64,000 nt of DNA. Origin: Eledone cirrhosa (lineage: Eukaryota). This document shows, in pieces, positions 16,209-29,400 of the stretch. How positions within the stretch are numbered: position 1 is the first letter of the stretch; the number at the start of each line of letters is the position of its first letter. The translations under genes and the position numbers were made by a program. The stretch covers positions 30,690,001 to 30,754,000 of the forward strand of contig OZ024741.1 of assembly GCA_964016885.1 (NCBI GenBank), in the 5' to 3' direction. The notes under the pieces were generated by a model. It searched no databases and was not told the origin of the DNA. It was given only the letters and a program-made list of their open reading frames with translations.

Positions 16209-19200
16209 TTTGTTTTTATGTATTGTCATACGTAATATGTATTGTCATATTGTCATATGTAAAAGTTAGACGAGCATGAACGGGAGAACAAAATATAATG
16301 AATTAAGGAGGAATAAGCAACGTCAAAAATGTTTATGTTTACGAAGGATTTTTAAAGGTAATAATATAAAGTATTTAAAAGGTAATAATAAGTTTTATGG
16401 CCAATGATATGAAAGAAGAAGGAAGAGTGGATATATTGTGGTGAGTATGAATTGAGAAGTATCTAGGAAGAAAAAGTACAGAGTAGAGGTTAGAAATTAA
16501 AAGAAAAGAGGAAGAAAGGGAGTTGATAAATAGGAAAGATATAGAATGAGTAACTAGTGTTTTATAATGTATAATGAAAATCATTGAAATAAGGTAGAAA
16601 GATGGGTATATTGTTAAAGAAATATATATATATATGCCTTTGAGAAAAAAGGATTTTAAACTGATAAAGTATTAGATATTAGCTCTATACTTTATGGAAT
16701 GTTGTGTGGAATTTATGCAAGCAGAGAGAAAATAAGTCAATGCGTCTATTTATTATAGAATCTAAATTAGATATAATGGTAAATGTCTCACATAAACAGA
16801 GATTACATGTTTTGGATAGAGAGGCATTCAAGTAGGGAGAGGCAGAACAAACTTTCCTCCAAGAGATGTTATAGTTAATATTTTTGTCTTTCAAGGACCA
16901 TATGAGTTCTGAGAGTGCTGTGTTGGTTCTTTTAAGTTGGTATTTAAAAGAAGAATGATGATTATAAAGACAATGAGAATCTAAAGTATGTTAATTTTAA
17001 ATCTAACGACTCCACTAACATTAAACATGCTATAGGTAGTAATATTGGAAAAAGAATATCAAACCTATATCTAATAAAAAATATCTTTGATGCTAACGCC
17101 AATTACTATAATAACGTGCTTTCTAAAGCCGGTTATCCTGATAAAATCAAATACAGTAAAGAAACCAATCCTAGAAGATCTTACATTAAAATAATTAATT
17201 ATGATCATTCCAATAACTTTAATAAAAGATCTAGATACAAAAATATAATCTGGTATAATGCTCCTTTCTCCATCTCTATTAATAATAATATTCCTAAATT
17301 ATTCTTTAGTGCCCTAAATAAATGCTTCCCTCCCTCACATACCTATAGTAAAATATTTAACAAACATACTATAAAATGTTCCTATTCGACCTCCTCCAGC
17401 ATCTCCAACATTACCTCTAAACACAACAATACAATATTAAATTCTAAATCAATTCCTTCCAACACTGAATGTCATAAGAATAACAGTAGTACTCCCGACG
17501 TCATTGTTAACTCTAGGCTAGTTTCTGCAAACCCGAATACGACGTCAAACGTAACTTCGACAATTGTTCTTAATACCAATCTAAATCAGGAAACTATTAT
17601 TCCTATCGTAAATAACTTCTCAAATCCAATTCCTCCTATAGATAACACGAGGTCACTTGTTAATAACTCTGTTAATCTCTCTAATCGCAATTGTAATTAC
17701 CCTGTTAAAAATAAATGTCCTCTCAACAACCATTGTCTTGAAAAAAACTTAATCTATGTACGTAAAGTTATAACTGACACCAATTCCTTTACCTATTTTG
17801 GCTCCACTCCACCTCCTTTAAAGCTCGTCTTTATAATCATCATTCTTCTTTTAAATACCAACTTAAAAGAACGAACACAGCAATCTCAGAACTCATATGG
17901 TCCTTGAAAGACAAAAATATTAACTATAACATCTCTTAGAGGAAGGTTTGTTCTGCCTCTCTCTACTTGAATGCCTCTCTATCCAAAACATGTAATCTAT
18001 GTTTATGTAAGAAATTTACCATTATATCTAATTTAGATTCTATAATAAATAGACGCACTGACTTAATTTCTCTCCGCTTGCATAAATTCCACAGAACATT
18101 CCATAAAGTATAGAGCTAATATCTAATACTTTACCAGTTTAAAATCCTTTTTCTCAAAGGCATATATATATATTTCTTTAAAAATATACCCATCTTTCTA
18201 CCTTATTTCAATGATTTTCATTATACATTATATAACACTAGTTAATCATTCTATATCGTTCCTATTTATCCATTCCCTTTCTCTTTTCTTTTAAATTCTA
18301 ACCTGTAATTTGTACTTTTTCTTCCTATATACTTCTCAATTCTTACTCACCACAATATATCCACTCTTCCTTCTTCCTTCATATCATTGGCCATAAAACT
18401 TATTATTACCTTTTAAATACTTTATATTATTATCTTTAAAAATCCTTCGTAAACATAAACATGTTTGCCGTTGTTTATTCCTCCTTAATTCATTATATTT
18501 TTTTCTCCCTTCATGCTCGTCTAACTTTTACATATTTCATATGACAATACATAAAAACAAACTTAAACACCAACTAATTCCTCTAAATTCATAATTCATC
18601 CACTCTTCTACTTCTTATATCCTAAATAACATTAATATTTTTATTTTAATAATACATATTAACAATTTCTTTTCATCGCACATATTATTAAACCCTTCAA
18701 TATACAAACCTTAATTTAACATTATTCTTAATTTTTTTTCTCTTCATTAATTTTTTTTTCTCTTCATCAATTTTCTTTTAAATTATATATTATCTTCCAA
18801 CGGCTTTTTAACCTCTCTCTGTGAAACAATATATTTTTCTCAGTTATAAACGCTATCTCTCTCTTTCTATCACCCATCTCTCCTCCTATCTCATCCTTCC
18901 TTATTATACTCCTCCCCCCCACCATTCTTTACTCTCATCTCCTCCTCTTTTTCATCCTCTCCACACCCCCCTCATTTTTTTCCCAATATCACACATCAAT
19001 CTTAAATTACTTTTCATATGTTGATATAAAACTGCACTTTCATAAGTGTTTTTTAACCTTCATATCATGTCTCCCTATTTTATCTGACGAAAACGCAAAT
19101 GTTATCTCATGATGATATTTGTTTTTGAAATGCGCATAATAAAATACATGGAACTCTTTTACCCATCTTTTGATCTTATATTATTTATACTCCAGTCCCA

Positions 19201-19270
19201 TAAACTGTACAGTGCTACTTATCCGATATCTGCATTGCTTTATTGTACTACAATAAAACTCATCTCCTAC
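16209..19270 (+). mobile_element. 5'-truncated Penelope-like element (Naiad-like) with an inverted copy of its 3' region at the 5' end
   Basis: ORF 17116..17907 has WYNAPFS...CFPPSHTYSKIFNKHTIKCSYS and CNYPVKNKCPLNNHCL, then GIY-YIG. 16255-16971 is the reverse complement of 17827-18535. HHR at 19076; ends in TA. Confidence 0.85.
19076..19146 (+). ncRNA. Type-I hammerhead ribozyme, canonical core
   Basis: tattttat-CTGACGA-[aaacgcaaatgttatc tcat gatgatatttgttttt]-GAAA-TGCGCA-TA-ataaaata: 8-bp stem I, palindromic stem III, AUA cleavage site. Confidence 0.85.
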
Positions 19271-19327
19271 ACATATATATATATATATACATACGTATAC
19301 ACATTCTTGGTTATATAAGTATGTATA

Positions 19328-19523
19328 GGAGGAGTTGCTAAAAAGTCTCTGGCGCTGGGTAAAATAAATAAAATGGAAGGGGATCAGTGAATTATGGTTT
19401 TATTCAACAAATTCTACCTTCAGATTCACATATTTATTAGAGTGGTCCTCCCTCTCCTGTACAGGTAATACCTCTGCCCTGTCACGATATACTTAAAGCT
19501 AGGAACTTCTTACTTCCCATTCG
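19328..19523. mobile_element. Decayed mariner-type MITE
   Basis: TA-flanked imperfect TIRs (ggaggagttgctaaaaagtc...ggaacttcttacttcccattcg); related to 38373-38564. Confidence 0.45.
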
Positions 19524-19751
19524 TAAGTGCATAGTAATTAATCAGTATAGAATCTCCACATTGACAGGTAGTAAAAAATCCATTAATTATTATTAAGTAA
19601 ATAATCCAGCGACGATTATTTTGTACACGTACATCTAAAACATACAGTACCGTTAATAAACATCAAACCTTTTGATAGTTAATGACATTGTTTTATTTTC
19701 ATATTTGTGCTGCTGCTTTATCTCTCTGAGTATTGTTTGTTTCTCACATAG

Positions 19752-20107
19752 GGCGGTGGATTGGCAGTATCGGTAGAGGGTCGGACGCCATAATGGGCAG
19801 TATCGCTAGAGGGTCGCACGCCATGATTGGCAGTATCGGTAGAGGGTAGGAGGCCATGTTTTGCAGTATCGGTAGAGGGTCTGACACCATGCTTTGCAGT
19901 ATAGGTAGAGGGTCGGACACCATAATGGGCAGTATCGGTAGAGGGTCGGACGCCATGCTTTGCAGCAAAGAGTTACGGGCTTTTATGGTCTGAGTTCAAA
20001 TCCCGCCGAGGTTAACTTTGCCTTTCATCCTTACGAGGTCGATAAAATACAGTATCAGTAATACACTGGGATAATTGCTGGCCTTGTGTCAAAAGTATAA
20101 CAATTAT
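19752..20107 (+). mobile_element. tRNA-derived SINE family B with a six-fold tandem 33-bp head repeat
   Basis: Head ggcggtggattggcagtatcgg, B-box GAGTTCAAATCC, central GCCTTTCATCCTTACGAGGTCGATAAAAT (resembles the Meta/MESC-type domain, from memory). 33-bp units start at 19764, 19797, 19830, 19863, 19896 and 19929. Confidence 0.85.
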
Positions 20108-20759
20108 TTATTTGTCACATCTCTTCTCTCTTTTTCTCGGTCTTTCATTACGTTTGAGTTTATATAGATATCCACGGGCACAAACATACAAACACATACA
20201 CGCGAACATGTGCTGAAGTTGAGTACTACACCTTATTGTTCTCTATATATAAACTAACAAAAATATCTCACAACACTACATTCAATAGTTTTAATACATG
20301 ATCTGACCTACAGCTGCGATCGGGCTTCTATTTTTATACGCAAAGAACTAGGAATATAAGAAGACCTTATGGATTTAATTTAATATATTTCACAGACTAT
20401 AGCTTACTTTCAACTTTAAAATTTTAAATATTAGTCTAAATATATTTCGCTGTTTCAAAATAATGTTATCCATGTATGTCAAACTGATATTTCCTAACCC
20501 AACATACCTGCTGTCAAGTAGTTATGTGTTCATAGCATAAAGTGTTGACTTAAATATATTTTATTGGTTATAATAGTATCTATATGAAGGAACTTTAATG
20601 AAGTAGATTGGCATGATTTAATTCAACCAGAATGACCGGCTGCAAATAAATCTTTGAAAGCTACACTAGATGACCATCGCTTGTCACATGCAGCAATTTT
20701 ATGAAAGACAAACATGTGATTACATATACTTTGTAAATCAATTTAGCTGTATGTTTAAC

Positions 20760-20949
20760 AATAATTGTTTCTACTTTTGGCACAAGGCCAGCAATTACCC
20801 AGTGCATTACTGGTACTTTATTTTATCGACCTCGTAAGGATGAAAGGCAAAGTCAACCTAGGCGGGATTTGAACTCAGATCGTAAAGGGACGTAACTATG
20901 CTGGAAAGCATGGCGTCCGACTCTCTACCGATACTGCCAATCCACCGCC
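20760..20949 (-). mobile_element. SINE family B, full length with TSD
   Basis: Reverse complement of the family B consensus, flanked by duplicated tgtatgtttaacaataat. Confidence 0.9.
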
Positions 20950-22123
20950 GTGTATGTTTAACAATAATGATTTTAAAATGTGTAAGTAAAGCTATACTAT
21001 TTTAATGTTACTTTAAAATAAGACCATAAGTGGGGAACATGTTTATGCTGTGAAACGGCTTAGAAATTAATTAACTTATTTGAGGCCATTTTTGAAACAA
21101 TAATGTTTCACGAAACCTCAGTTATTTTATAGAATATGATTAAAAATAAAAATAAAGTTATATAAAGGGGTTATTTTCTGTAAGTCATAATTAATTGAGT
21201 AATAATTAAATAAAATGAAATCCTTCAAAAATATACTATAACAATGAAGGTTTGATTTCAAAAGTTATACCTTTTTCAGAAGGCAGTCATTGATCTTTCA
21301 GAAAGGCATATGTAGCCTTAGGACTTTTAACAAAATATAGACAATGCTCCTATGGCGGTTGTCTTAATTGTCTCGTATCTCCGTCGAGAAATAGACACTC
21401 GTTGATTTACAACAAAAACATTGCACAAATATATATTATAAGAATTCGCTATATATTTTGAAAATATATATATGCTTGATTCCTATAATGTTTATGCATT
21501 TTTCCTTTAAAAATAATCGTGAAGTGAAAGTTGAATTAAAATACATTGCAACTTCTCATGTGAAAGCATTTCATATGCTTTTACTGTCGACATCAATTTA
21601 AAATCGTTTGTAATTTCGATTTGCCCCTGTCTCTCTAAATATTTATAGCTTTAAGTCACCATGTCTTTGTCATGCAAACAAACGACAGGTGGCCTAACTA
21701 AAGTCGAAAGTTTGACTTCGTTTCCTCACAACTTGCTTAATAAAACATGTTTTCGTGAGATAAATATTTGAATGTGTCCATTACGATTATCTCGATGAAT
21801 ATATATGTTGTCGTATGTAATTCTTATTTTTGAAACGACGTTAGGTTAACGATGAAAATATACGACATTATCATGATTGATGTTTTTAATTTTTATTATA
21901 ACTATCAACTATAATAATACAATATTCTTGTATATCTTGGCACAGGTCGCCATTGAGACCTCTGGCGTCCTCGGAAACCGTACTGCCGAGCTTCTCCGTA
22001 AAATCAAGTTGTCAGCATCCCCTCTTAGGAAGTAAATCCGCAAGGTGGGGTGGCTGTTGCAGTGAGTGTCGCTGGCCATCTAAATATATATATGTATATA
22101 TAAATTTATATATCACTATCATC

Positions 22124-22271
22124 GAAATATATATAGCAGTAAATAAAGGATTATGAGTTCATGCAATTGACTTATGTTTCGTCACTATATATATATATAT
22201 ATATATATATAGTGACGAAACATAAGTCAATTGCATGAACTCATAATCCTTTATTTACTGCTATATATTTC
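22124..22271. repeat. Foldback around a (TA)n centre carrying an HHR 3' remnant
   Basis: 22124-22185 is inverted at 22211-22271. It begins GAAATATATATAGCAGT, identical to the 3' half of the HHR at 47914-47930, followed by AATAAA. Confidence 0.75.
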
Positions 22272-22273
22272 AA

Positions 22274-22330
<57 letters not shown>

Positions 22331-22529
22331 CGTGCGTGTGTGTGTGTGTGTGTTTGTGTGTATAAATGTCTGTCTAACGATTTATTTTGAATTTCAAGCT
22401 TTCTTTACTATATTTGTGAAAATGTCCATAGCTGGAAATGTGTGTAGGTATAGAGGGTGGTTTTATAGGGCTTTCTGTATCTATTGATTGCTCAAGCTAT
22501 TTATGTAAATTATATATATATTCATGGCC

Positions 22530-22565
<36 letters not shown>

Positions 22566-22566
<1 letters not shown>

Positions 22567-22785
22567 TGGTTAGAGAATTGGATTTGCCGAGAGGTTGTGA
22601 GTTCGATTCCCGGACCGGGCGATGTGTTATGTCCTTGGGTAAGTCACTTTATTTCACGTTGCTCCTTCTACCTGGAGTTGCGACCGATAGATAGTATTAG
22701 CGAGTGGAAAGACCAACGGTCCGATTTGACGAAAGTCAATTGACTGCCGATTACTAATATGTAAATGCTCACCTATAATGTTAAT
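22566..22785 (+). mobile_element. SINE family A
   Basis: Matches 996-1210; followed by (CCT)n(CTT)n. Confidence 0.8.
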
Positions 22786-22786
22786 C

Positions 22787-22923
22787 CCCTCCTCCTCCGT
22801 CTCCTCCTCCTCCTCCTCCTCGTCCTTCTTCTTCTTCTTCTTCTTCTTCTTCTTCTTCTTCTTCTTCTTCTTCTTCTTCTTCTTCTTCTTCTTCTTCTTC
22901 TTCTTCTTCTTCTTCTTCTTCTC
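22787..22923. repeat. (CCT)n-(CTT)n microsatellite
   Basis: Direct reading. Produces the poly-K and poly-L pseudo-ORFs. Confidence 0.95.
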
Positions 22924-23226
22924 GGAGCTGTGATCCCTCAGTTTAGAGAAGTAGCAGCTCTCTCGCGTCTGCAACTGATCAGACGGGATCCCCAAACGAG
23001 ACCAGTCAAGCTCGTTGACATTATCCAATCATTTTGCTCGGGGTCTACCCCTATATCTCCAGACGCTTGGTTCTGCACGTAAAATCTGTTCAGCCGTCCT
23101 TTCCTGAGACATTCTTACCACAAGCCCATAGTATCACAGCTGTGATCTCTCAATCTTCTTGCTAAGATGTCTAAACGGTCGTAAATATATTGAAAGATTT
23201 AATTAAAACAATTCTAATACTTAATT

Positions 23227-23306
<80 letters not shown>

Positions 23307-23354
23307 GACGTAAAATAAGAAAATTATAAAAATTAACTTACTAACTAAAATTTC

Positions 23355-23436
23355 ACTCCAACTAATTAGTTTCTGAAAGGGAATAAACATAGTTTCCGAA
23401 GAAATGTACGGAGAAGCCTTTCGTCATCAGGGAAGT
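23355..23436 (-). ncRNA. Hammerhead ribozyme (inverted unit)
   Basis: Reverse complement of acttcc-CTGATGA-c-gaaagg...cctttc-a-GAAA-CTAATTAG-TT-ggagt. Confidence 0.8.
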
Positions 23437-23775
23437 CTATTCTCAGCTAAGTTTCCAGGCAATGCGTGGACACAGGGAACTTATACAAAAATAATTCAGT
23501 GGATGGAAAAAGCAAAGCGTGGACTAAGTTACAAGCCATTGAAAAAATCACTGCCTACTGCGTCCGTGGCAAAACTCTCTTCTTAACAAAACACTCCTCA
23601 CTGGTTAACATCGATGTCACGTGATTGATTCTTTTGAATTTGCCACCGACGCAGTAGGCAGTGATTTTTTCAATGGCTTGGAACTTAGTCCACGCTTTGC
23701 TTTTTCCATCCACTGAATAATTTTTGTATAAGTTCCCTGTGTCCACGCATTGCCTGGAAACTTAGCTGAGAATAG

Positions 23776-23857
23776 ACTTCCCTGATGACGAAAGGCTTCC
23801 CCGTGCGTTTCTTCGGAAACTATGTTTATTCCCTTTCAGAAACTAATTTGTTGGAAT
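23776..23857 (+). ncRNA. Hammerhead ribozyme, unit 1 (stem III substitution)
   Basis: CTGATGA at 23782, GAAA at 23839, stem III CTAATTTG, GUU site. Confidence 0.7.
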
Positions 23858-24304
23858 GAAATTTTAGTAAGTAAGTTAATTTTTATAATTTTCTTATTTT
23901 ACATCTTTCATATTATTGTTCTGCATCCCCATGCATTGAACCACAAAGTTACTAAGACAAAACCTATATATGTGCTGGCATAGGTATGCATCTGTATATA
24001 TATGTTAGTAGATATACTAATTCTTTATAATTATCTCCAAATTATTTTGTCGAGCCAAAATTGGCCAACACTGCTACTATAGTTCATAGTAACGGTTTGG
24101 CTGCTGTCTTCTTAACAAAACATTCTTCACTGATTAACCTCGATGTCACGTGATTGATTCTTTTGAATTTGCCACCGACGCAGTAGGCAGTGATTTTTTC
24201 AATGGCTTGGAACTTAGTCCATGCTTTGCTTTTTCCATCCACTGAATTATTTTTGTATGAGTTCCCTGTGTCCACGCAATGCCTGGAAACTTAGCTGAGA
24301 ATAG

Positions 24305-24386
24305 ACTTCTCTGATGACGAAAGGCTTCTCCGAACGTTTCTTCGGAAACTATGTTTATTCCCTTTCAGAAACTAATTAGTTGGAGT
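24305..24386 (+). ncRNA. Hammerhead ribozyme, unit 2
   Basis: CTGATGA at 24311, stem II gaaagg/cctttc, GAAA at 24368, palindromic ACTAATTAGT, GUU site, ggagt. Confidence 0.8.
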
Positions 24387-24833
24387 GAAATTTTAGTAAG
24401 TAAGTTAATTTATATAATTTTCTTATTTTACGTCTTTCATATTATTGTTCTGCATCCCCATGCATTGAACCACAAAGTTACTAAGACAAAACCTATATAT
24501 TTGCTGGCATAGGTATGCATCTGTATATATATGTTAGTAGATATACTAATTCTTTATAATTATCTCCAAATTATTTCTTCGAGCCAAAATTGGCCAAAAC
24601 TGCTACTCTAGTTCATAGTAACGGTTCGGCTGCTGTCTTCTTAACAAAACATTCCTCACTGATTAACCTCGATGTCACGTGATTGATTATTTTGGTTTTG
24701 CCACCGATGCAGTAGGCAGTGATTTTTTCAATGGCTTGGAACTTAGTCCACGCTTTGCTTTTTCCATCCACTGAATTATTTTTGTATAAGTTCCCTGTGT
24801 CCACGCATTGCCTGGAAACTTAGCTGAGAATAG

Positions 24834-24915
24834 ACTTCCCTGATGACGAAAGGCTTCTCCGTATTTTTCTTCGGAAACTATGTTTATTCCCTTTCAGAAA
24901 CTAATTAGTTGGAGT
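24834..24915 (+). ncRNA. Hammerhead ribozyme, unit 3
   Basis: CTGATGA at 24840, GAAA at 24897, CTAATTAG-TT-ggagt. Confidence 0.8.
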
Positions 24916-25080
24916 GAAATTTTAGTAAGTAAGTTAATTTTTATAATTTTCTTATTTTACGTCTTTCATATTATTGTTCTGCATCCCCATGCATTGAACC
25001 ACAAAGTTACTAAGACAAAACCTATATATTTGCTGGCATAGGTATGCATCTGTATATATATGTTAGTAGATATACTAATT

Positions 25081-25154
<74 letters not shown>

Positions 25155-25195
25155 GTATGTGTGTGTATGTGTGAGTGTGTGTGTAGAAGTGTATC

Positions 25196-25380
25196 CTGGG
25201 TTCAATCGGGGGTAACAACAGTAAGTAAGGTACTCAATACATAGCGGAGTATAAATATTTAATATAGAAATGGCTTCTACCGGAATAGAACTGTTTCATT
25301 AGAGGGTAATCATCAGGAGAGCCCTGGTGGTTTTAATCGAATGAAACAGTTCTAGTCTGTAGAAGCCATTTCTATGTTAT
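25196..25380. repeat. Small foldback element with back-to-back hammerheads (25272-25323 minus, intact core; 25324-25367 plus, mutated core)
   Basis: Minus strand: ggctctc-CTGATGA-tta(ccctc)taat-GAAA-cagttctattccgg-TA-gaagcc. Same family as 25775-25965. Confidence 0.7.
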
Positions 25381-25397
25381 ATATATAAATATAAATT

Positions 25398-25429
<32 letters not shown>

Positions 25430-25431
25430 CA

Positions 25432-25477
<46 letters not shown>

Positions 25478-25479
<2 letters not shown>

Positions 25480-25570
25480 GATATATTAACAAATGGAAAC
25501 TATATTTATAAAACCATAATGAAATAAATATGGTTTTATAAATATAGTTTCCATTTGTTAATATATCGTA
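25478..25570. repeat. Perfect ~42-bp-arm palindrome next to (TA)n
   Basis: tacgatatattaacaaatggaaactatatttataaaaccata-(atgaaataaa)-tatggttttataaatatagtttccatttgttaatatatcgta. Confidence 0.85.
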
Positions 25571-25654
25571 TTTTTACTCCAATAATTAGTTGAGTCCTTT
25601 ATATCAGTTATAAAAATATTTGCTTGTTGTATCCCAACAATTTGAATAGAACTT

Positions 25655-25761
<107 letters not shown>

Positions 25762-25774
25762 ATATATATATACG

Positions 25775-25965
25775 TTATTCCGGGTTGAATCGGAGGTAAC
25801 ATCAGTAAGTAAGGTACTCAATACATTGAAGAGTATAAAAGTTTTAATATCGATGAGATTCTACAGGACTAGAACTGTTTCATTCTTTAGAAATCATCAG
25901 GATTCCTGATGATTTCTAAAGAATGAAACAGTTCTAGTCCTGTAGAATCTTATCTATATTAAAAC
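25775..25965. repeat. Small foldback element; palindrome centred on the HHR stem I
   Basis: About 25842-25902 is inverted at about 25904-25965; TA flanks. Confidence 0.8.
25901..25949 (+). ncRNA. Type-I hammerhead ribozyme, canonical core
   Basis: gattc-CTGATGA-tttc(taaa)gaat-GAAA-cag(ttctagtc)ctg-TA-gaatc; GUA site. Confidence 0.8.
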
Positions 25966-26017
25966 TATATATATATATATATATACTGTATATATATATA
26001 TATTTATATATATACTG

Positions 26018-26048
<31 letters not shown>

Positions 26049-26052
26049 ACTG

Positions 26053-26084
<32 letters not shown>

Positions 26085-26455
26085 TATATTTGGAAAGAAG
26101 GAAAAGGATGACTTCACTTGTAGTGTTAACAATTTTTGGGGGATTTAATTTCATAATATCATAATATTAGGAGTTGGTAGATCCAGTAAAAATGAGATTG
26201 GTGTTCAATTATATCGAACAGTCTGCTAATCGACAACTATTCACAGGCGCGATCCCACTACTGGTCAGCAGGGGGCTTTTGCCTGCTGCGTTTCCGCCCT
26301 GGGCCGGAGCAACCTTCCTTAGACAAGCTGTTTCTAGTGAGTTCCCTCTCCAGCACCATACTGAGGCCGAGCTTATCGCGGACACCCGATCGCCATAGAA
26401 GACCGACTACCAAGACTCCCATTCCCAATCCGGCCAATCAACCAAGCTTCCGAGT

Positions 26456-29400
26456 AGTTATTAAATTACTTGAACACAACTTTGATAATTGTATAATTTA
26501 TTTATTTAACTGCTCTGTAAAACAACTGATGTTCATACATTGAGCTATTCCTCTTACTAGTAATAAGGTAATTAAGAAATTACTGACCTTCCTGTTTATG
26601 GTTATTTATACTATATACATAACTATAAATAGTATTATTATTATTTACTGCTCCATACAGTTGAGCTAACATACATTAAATTACCAGTATGTTTATCAAA
26701 GATCACCTTCCTACGTCTTCTAAGAACATACCAATACCACCTAAAGAAACATATGAAAAATTATTGATCAATAGTGTCAACTCTTTTATCAATAGTGTGA
26801 GATGGAGGACATTCATTACGATAGAAAACGTTCAGACAAAAACAGGGATACGAATAACTTCGACAATCACGGTTTTAAAACATTTAAAAGCCCTCCTCAC
26901 AACACATTATTAAACTCATTTGAAGATGATCTAATTAACTAGTTAAGAACATAACATACAAAAAACTTCATAATAGAAACAACACCTTCTTAAACTACCT
27001 TAACTCCACTATTAAAGGATTTAATGAAAATAGAGAAAATCATAGTGCATGCAGATAAAAGTAATAATATATATAGCTTAGATTACGATACTTATCGAAC
27101 ATTTATATATAACGAACTGCATAGGAACTACAAAAAAACTACTACTAAACACCTAGAAGATATAAATATTGAAGGTCGTAATATAGTGAGTAGATTAGGA
27201 CTTCAGAGGCATACACAGCCATATACCCATAACCCCCAAGATTCTCTCTGAAGGACAATAAAGAAGACTTCATTAGTAACCCTTCAATTAGACTGATTTG
27301 CCATTCCAAGTCTGATATTGGTATTATCAGCAAGAAAACATTAGATAAAATCATCCCACAATTTAAGCACAAAATATACCTTAACCAATGGGGAAATACG
27401 GGTGAGGTTATTGAATGGTTCAAGGGTATTAAAGAGCGTACAAATAAAAAATTTATACAACTTGATATCAATTCTTACTACACCTCTATTTCCCTTATCC
27501 TATTAAATAAGGCTCTTATTATGGCTATGAACAATAGTGACCTCACTAGATCCCAAATTGATGTCATACTTGCGGCCCGAAAAACCATAATCACATTTGA
27601 AGAACAATCATGGACCTGCAAGTATACGCATAAAAACTTCAACATAACCATGGGATCCGCAGGTCACCGATTTGGTGGGCCTATACCTACTTAATGAAAT
27701 CCATAAGAACCTACCCTAACTCAACGGTGGTTTATACCACAATGATGCGGATCTTCTCATAGACTATAACAACTTTAATATAGAAAAAACTAAGAAACAG
27801 TTCACAAAATTTTCAAAAATTACAACTTAAGTATCACCTTAGATAAAAATACTAAAAACGTCAACTTCATTGACGCTACCCTTAGCCTAGACTCTAGAGT
27901 ATACACAACTTATCATAAACCTAACATAAAACTAATTCATGTGAACACCAACTCTAAACACCCTAAATCCATATTAAACTCCATTACCAAAGGAATATCT
28001 AATAGAATCTCTAATCTATCATATAATGAAACTATATTTAACAATAATTCACAATACAATAATGAGGCCTTAGCTAAATCAGGACATAAGAATGAGATTG
28101 AATTCCTACCTATAAAATCACATAGTTACAACATCATTTCTCATAATATAGCCATGAGGAGAAATAGTAAAAACAATAGCCACTATAACTCTAGGAAGAA
28201 GATTGATACAAACTTAATTCGCACCAAAGTAAACACCACAATAATAATTTAAACAGAGATATGAATACCTCAAAAAATTATAATATAAACAAAAATAGGA
28301 GAACTAATACGTTCTTCAATCTCCCTTTCAATCTGAACGTCTCTACCAACTTACCTAAGGCTTTCTTCTCAATCTTAGAAAATAACTTCCCGACCGGCCA
28401 CAAGTACTATAGTCTTATCAATAAAAATACAATTAAAATATCGTACTCCACCACACCTAACATAGCATACCATATAGCTAGTAGTAATAAAAGGAAGATT
28501 AATAACTATTTCCAACTAATTAAAACACAACAGGAGGTAAACATAATACCTGTAAACAATAGTAGTAATAATAGTAATAATGATAATAGCACTAATGAAA
28601 TCAATAACAATACGGATGATAGGCATCGTTACCCTAGTGCTAACCCTAGCAACCAGAATTCTTCACAACATAGTAACCGGCAAGCTAACACCCAGAATAA
28701 ATGTAACTGTAGAACTAATAGAACTTGCCCCTTATGTAATAATTGCTTAACCAAAGACATCATCTACTCATGCACCGTCAACGCAAACAACTCTTCTAAA
28801 CCATATATAGGTTCTACTTCGAACAACTTCAAGACGAGATACAACTCGCACCTCCACTATTTCAAGAAGCACAATCTAGCCAGCTCCACTTCTTTATCTA
28901 GCCAGCTCCACTTCTTTATCTAGCTACATAGACTCTCTGAAAACTAGGAATAGACCATTTACACTCCAATGGAAAATAATATCGTATAATCCACCGAATA
29001 AATTGTGTAATCTCTGCCTTCTGGAGACCCATACTATAATCTTTTCGAAACTAGACCTCCTGAATAGAAAGTCAGAGACATTTTCCTCGTGCCAACAGCG
29101 GTACCGACACTCGTTCCATAAATTTAAATCTAGCTGTTAGTATACAACAATGTCAGATTTGAATTCCCCACCACCATTGACACTACACATCTAGGACTTA
29201 GCAGCACCCACAACCACAAATCCCTCGACCAACTCTTTCCGCTACACAACTCCTATTCATCTATAACCTTTTGCTCTGCAATAACAGTTAGAATTAGATA
29301 TAGAGTTACCACCTTGTGATATAACTACAATAGATTAATTATATCTCACACAGTAATGGATATTTGGCACTTGGTATGTAGAGACATTTAATGTAATGTG

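Larger units (their letters stand above)
23301..25085 (+). mobile_element. Hammerhead-bearing 529-bp tandem element (candidate non-LTR retrozyme/non-autonomous PLE derivative): inverted partial unit plus ~2.85 direct units
   Basis: Units start near 23578, 24107 and 24636 (period 529). 23301-23573 is an inverted partial unit. Both flanks are (TA)n. One HHR per unit. Confidence 0.85.

Noticed and set aside
19764-19961. 33-bp periodic repeat resembling a CRISPR array
   Set aside because: No unique spacers, eukaryotic context, no cas genes; it is an amplified SINE head.
22654-23082. Poly-Lys/poly-Glu and poly-Leu ORFs
   Set aside because: Products of the (CTT)n/(CCT)n microsatellite.
23555-24804. 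Repeated 63-aa ORF MDTGNLYKN... in each 529-bp unit
   Set aside because: Non-ATG start, antisense to the ribozyme, no recognisable motif; its recurrence just reflects recent duplication.
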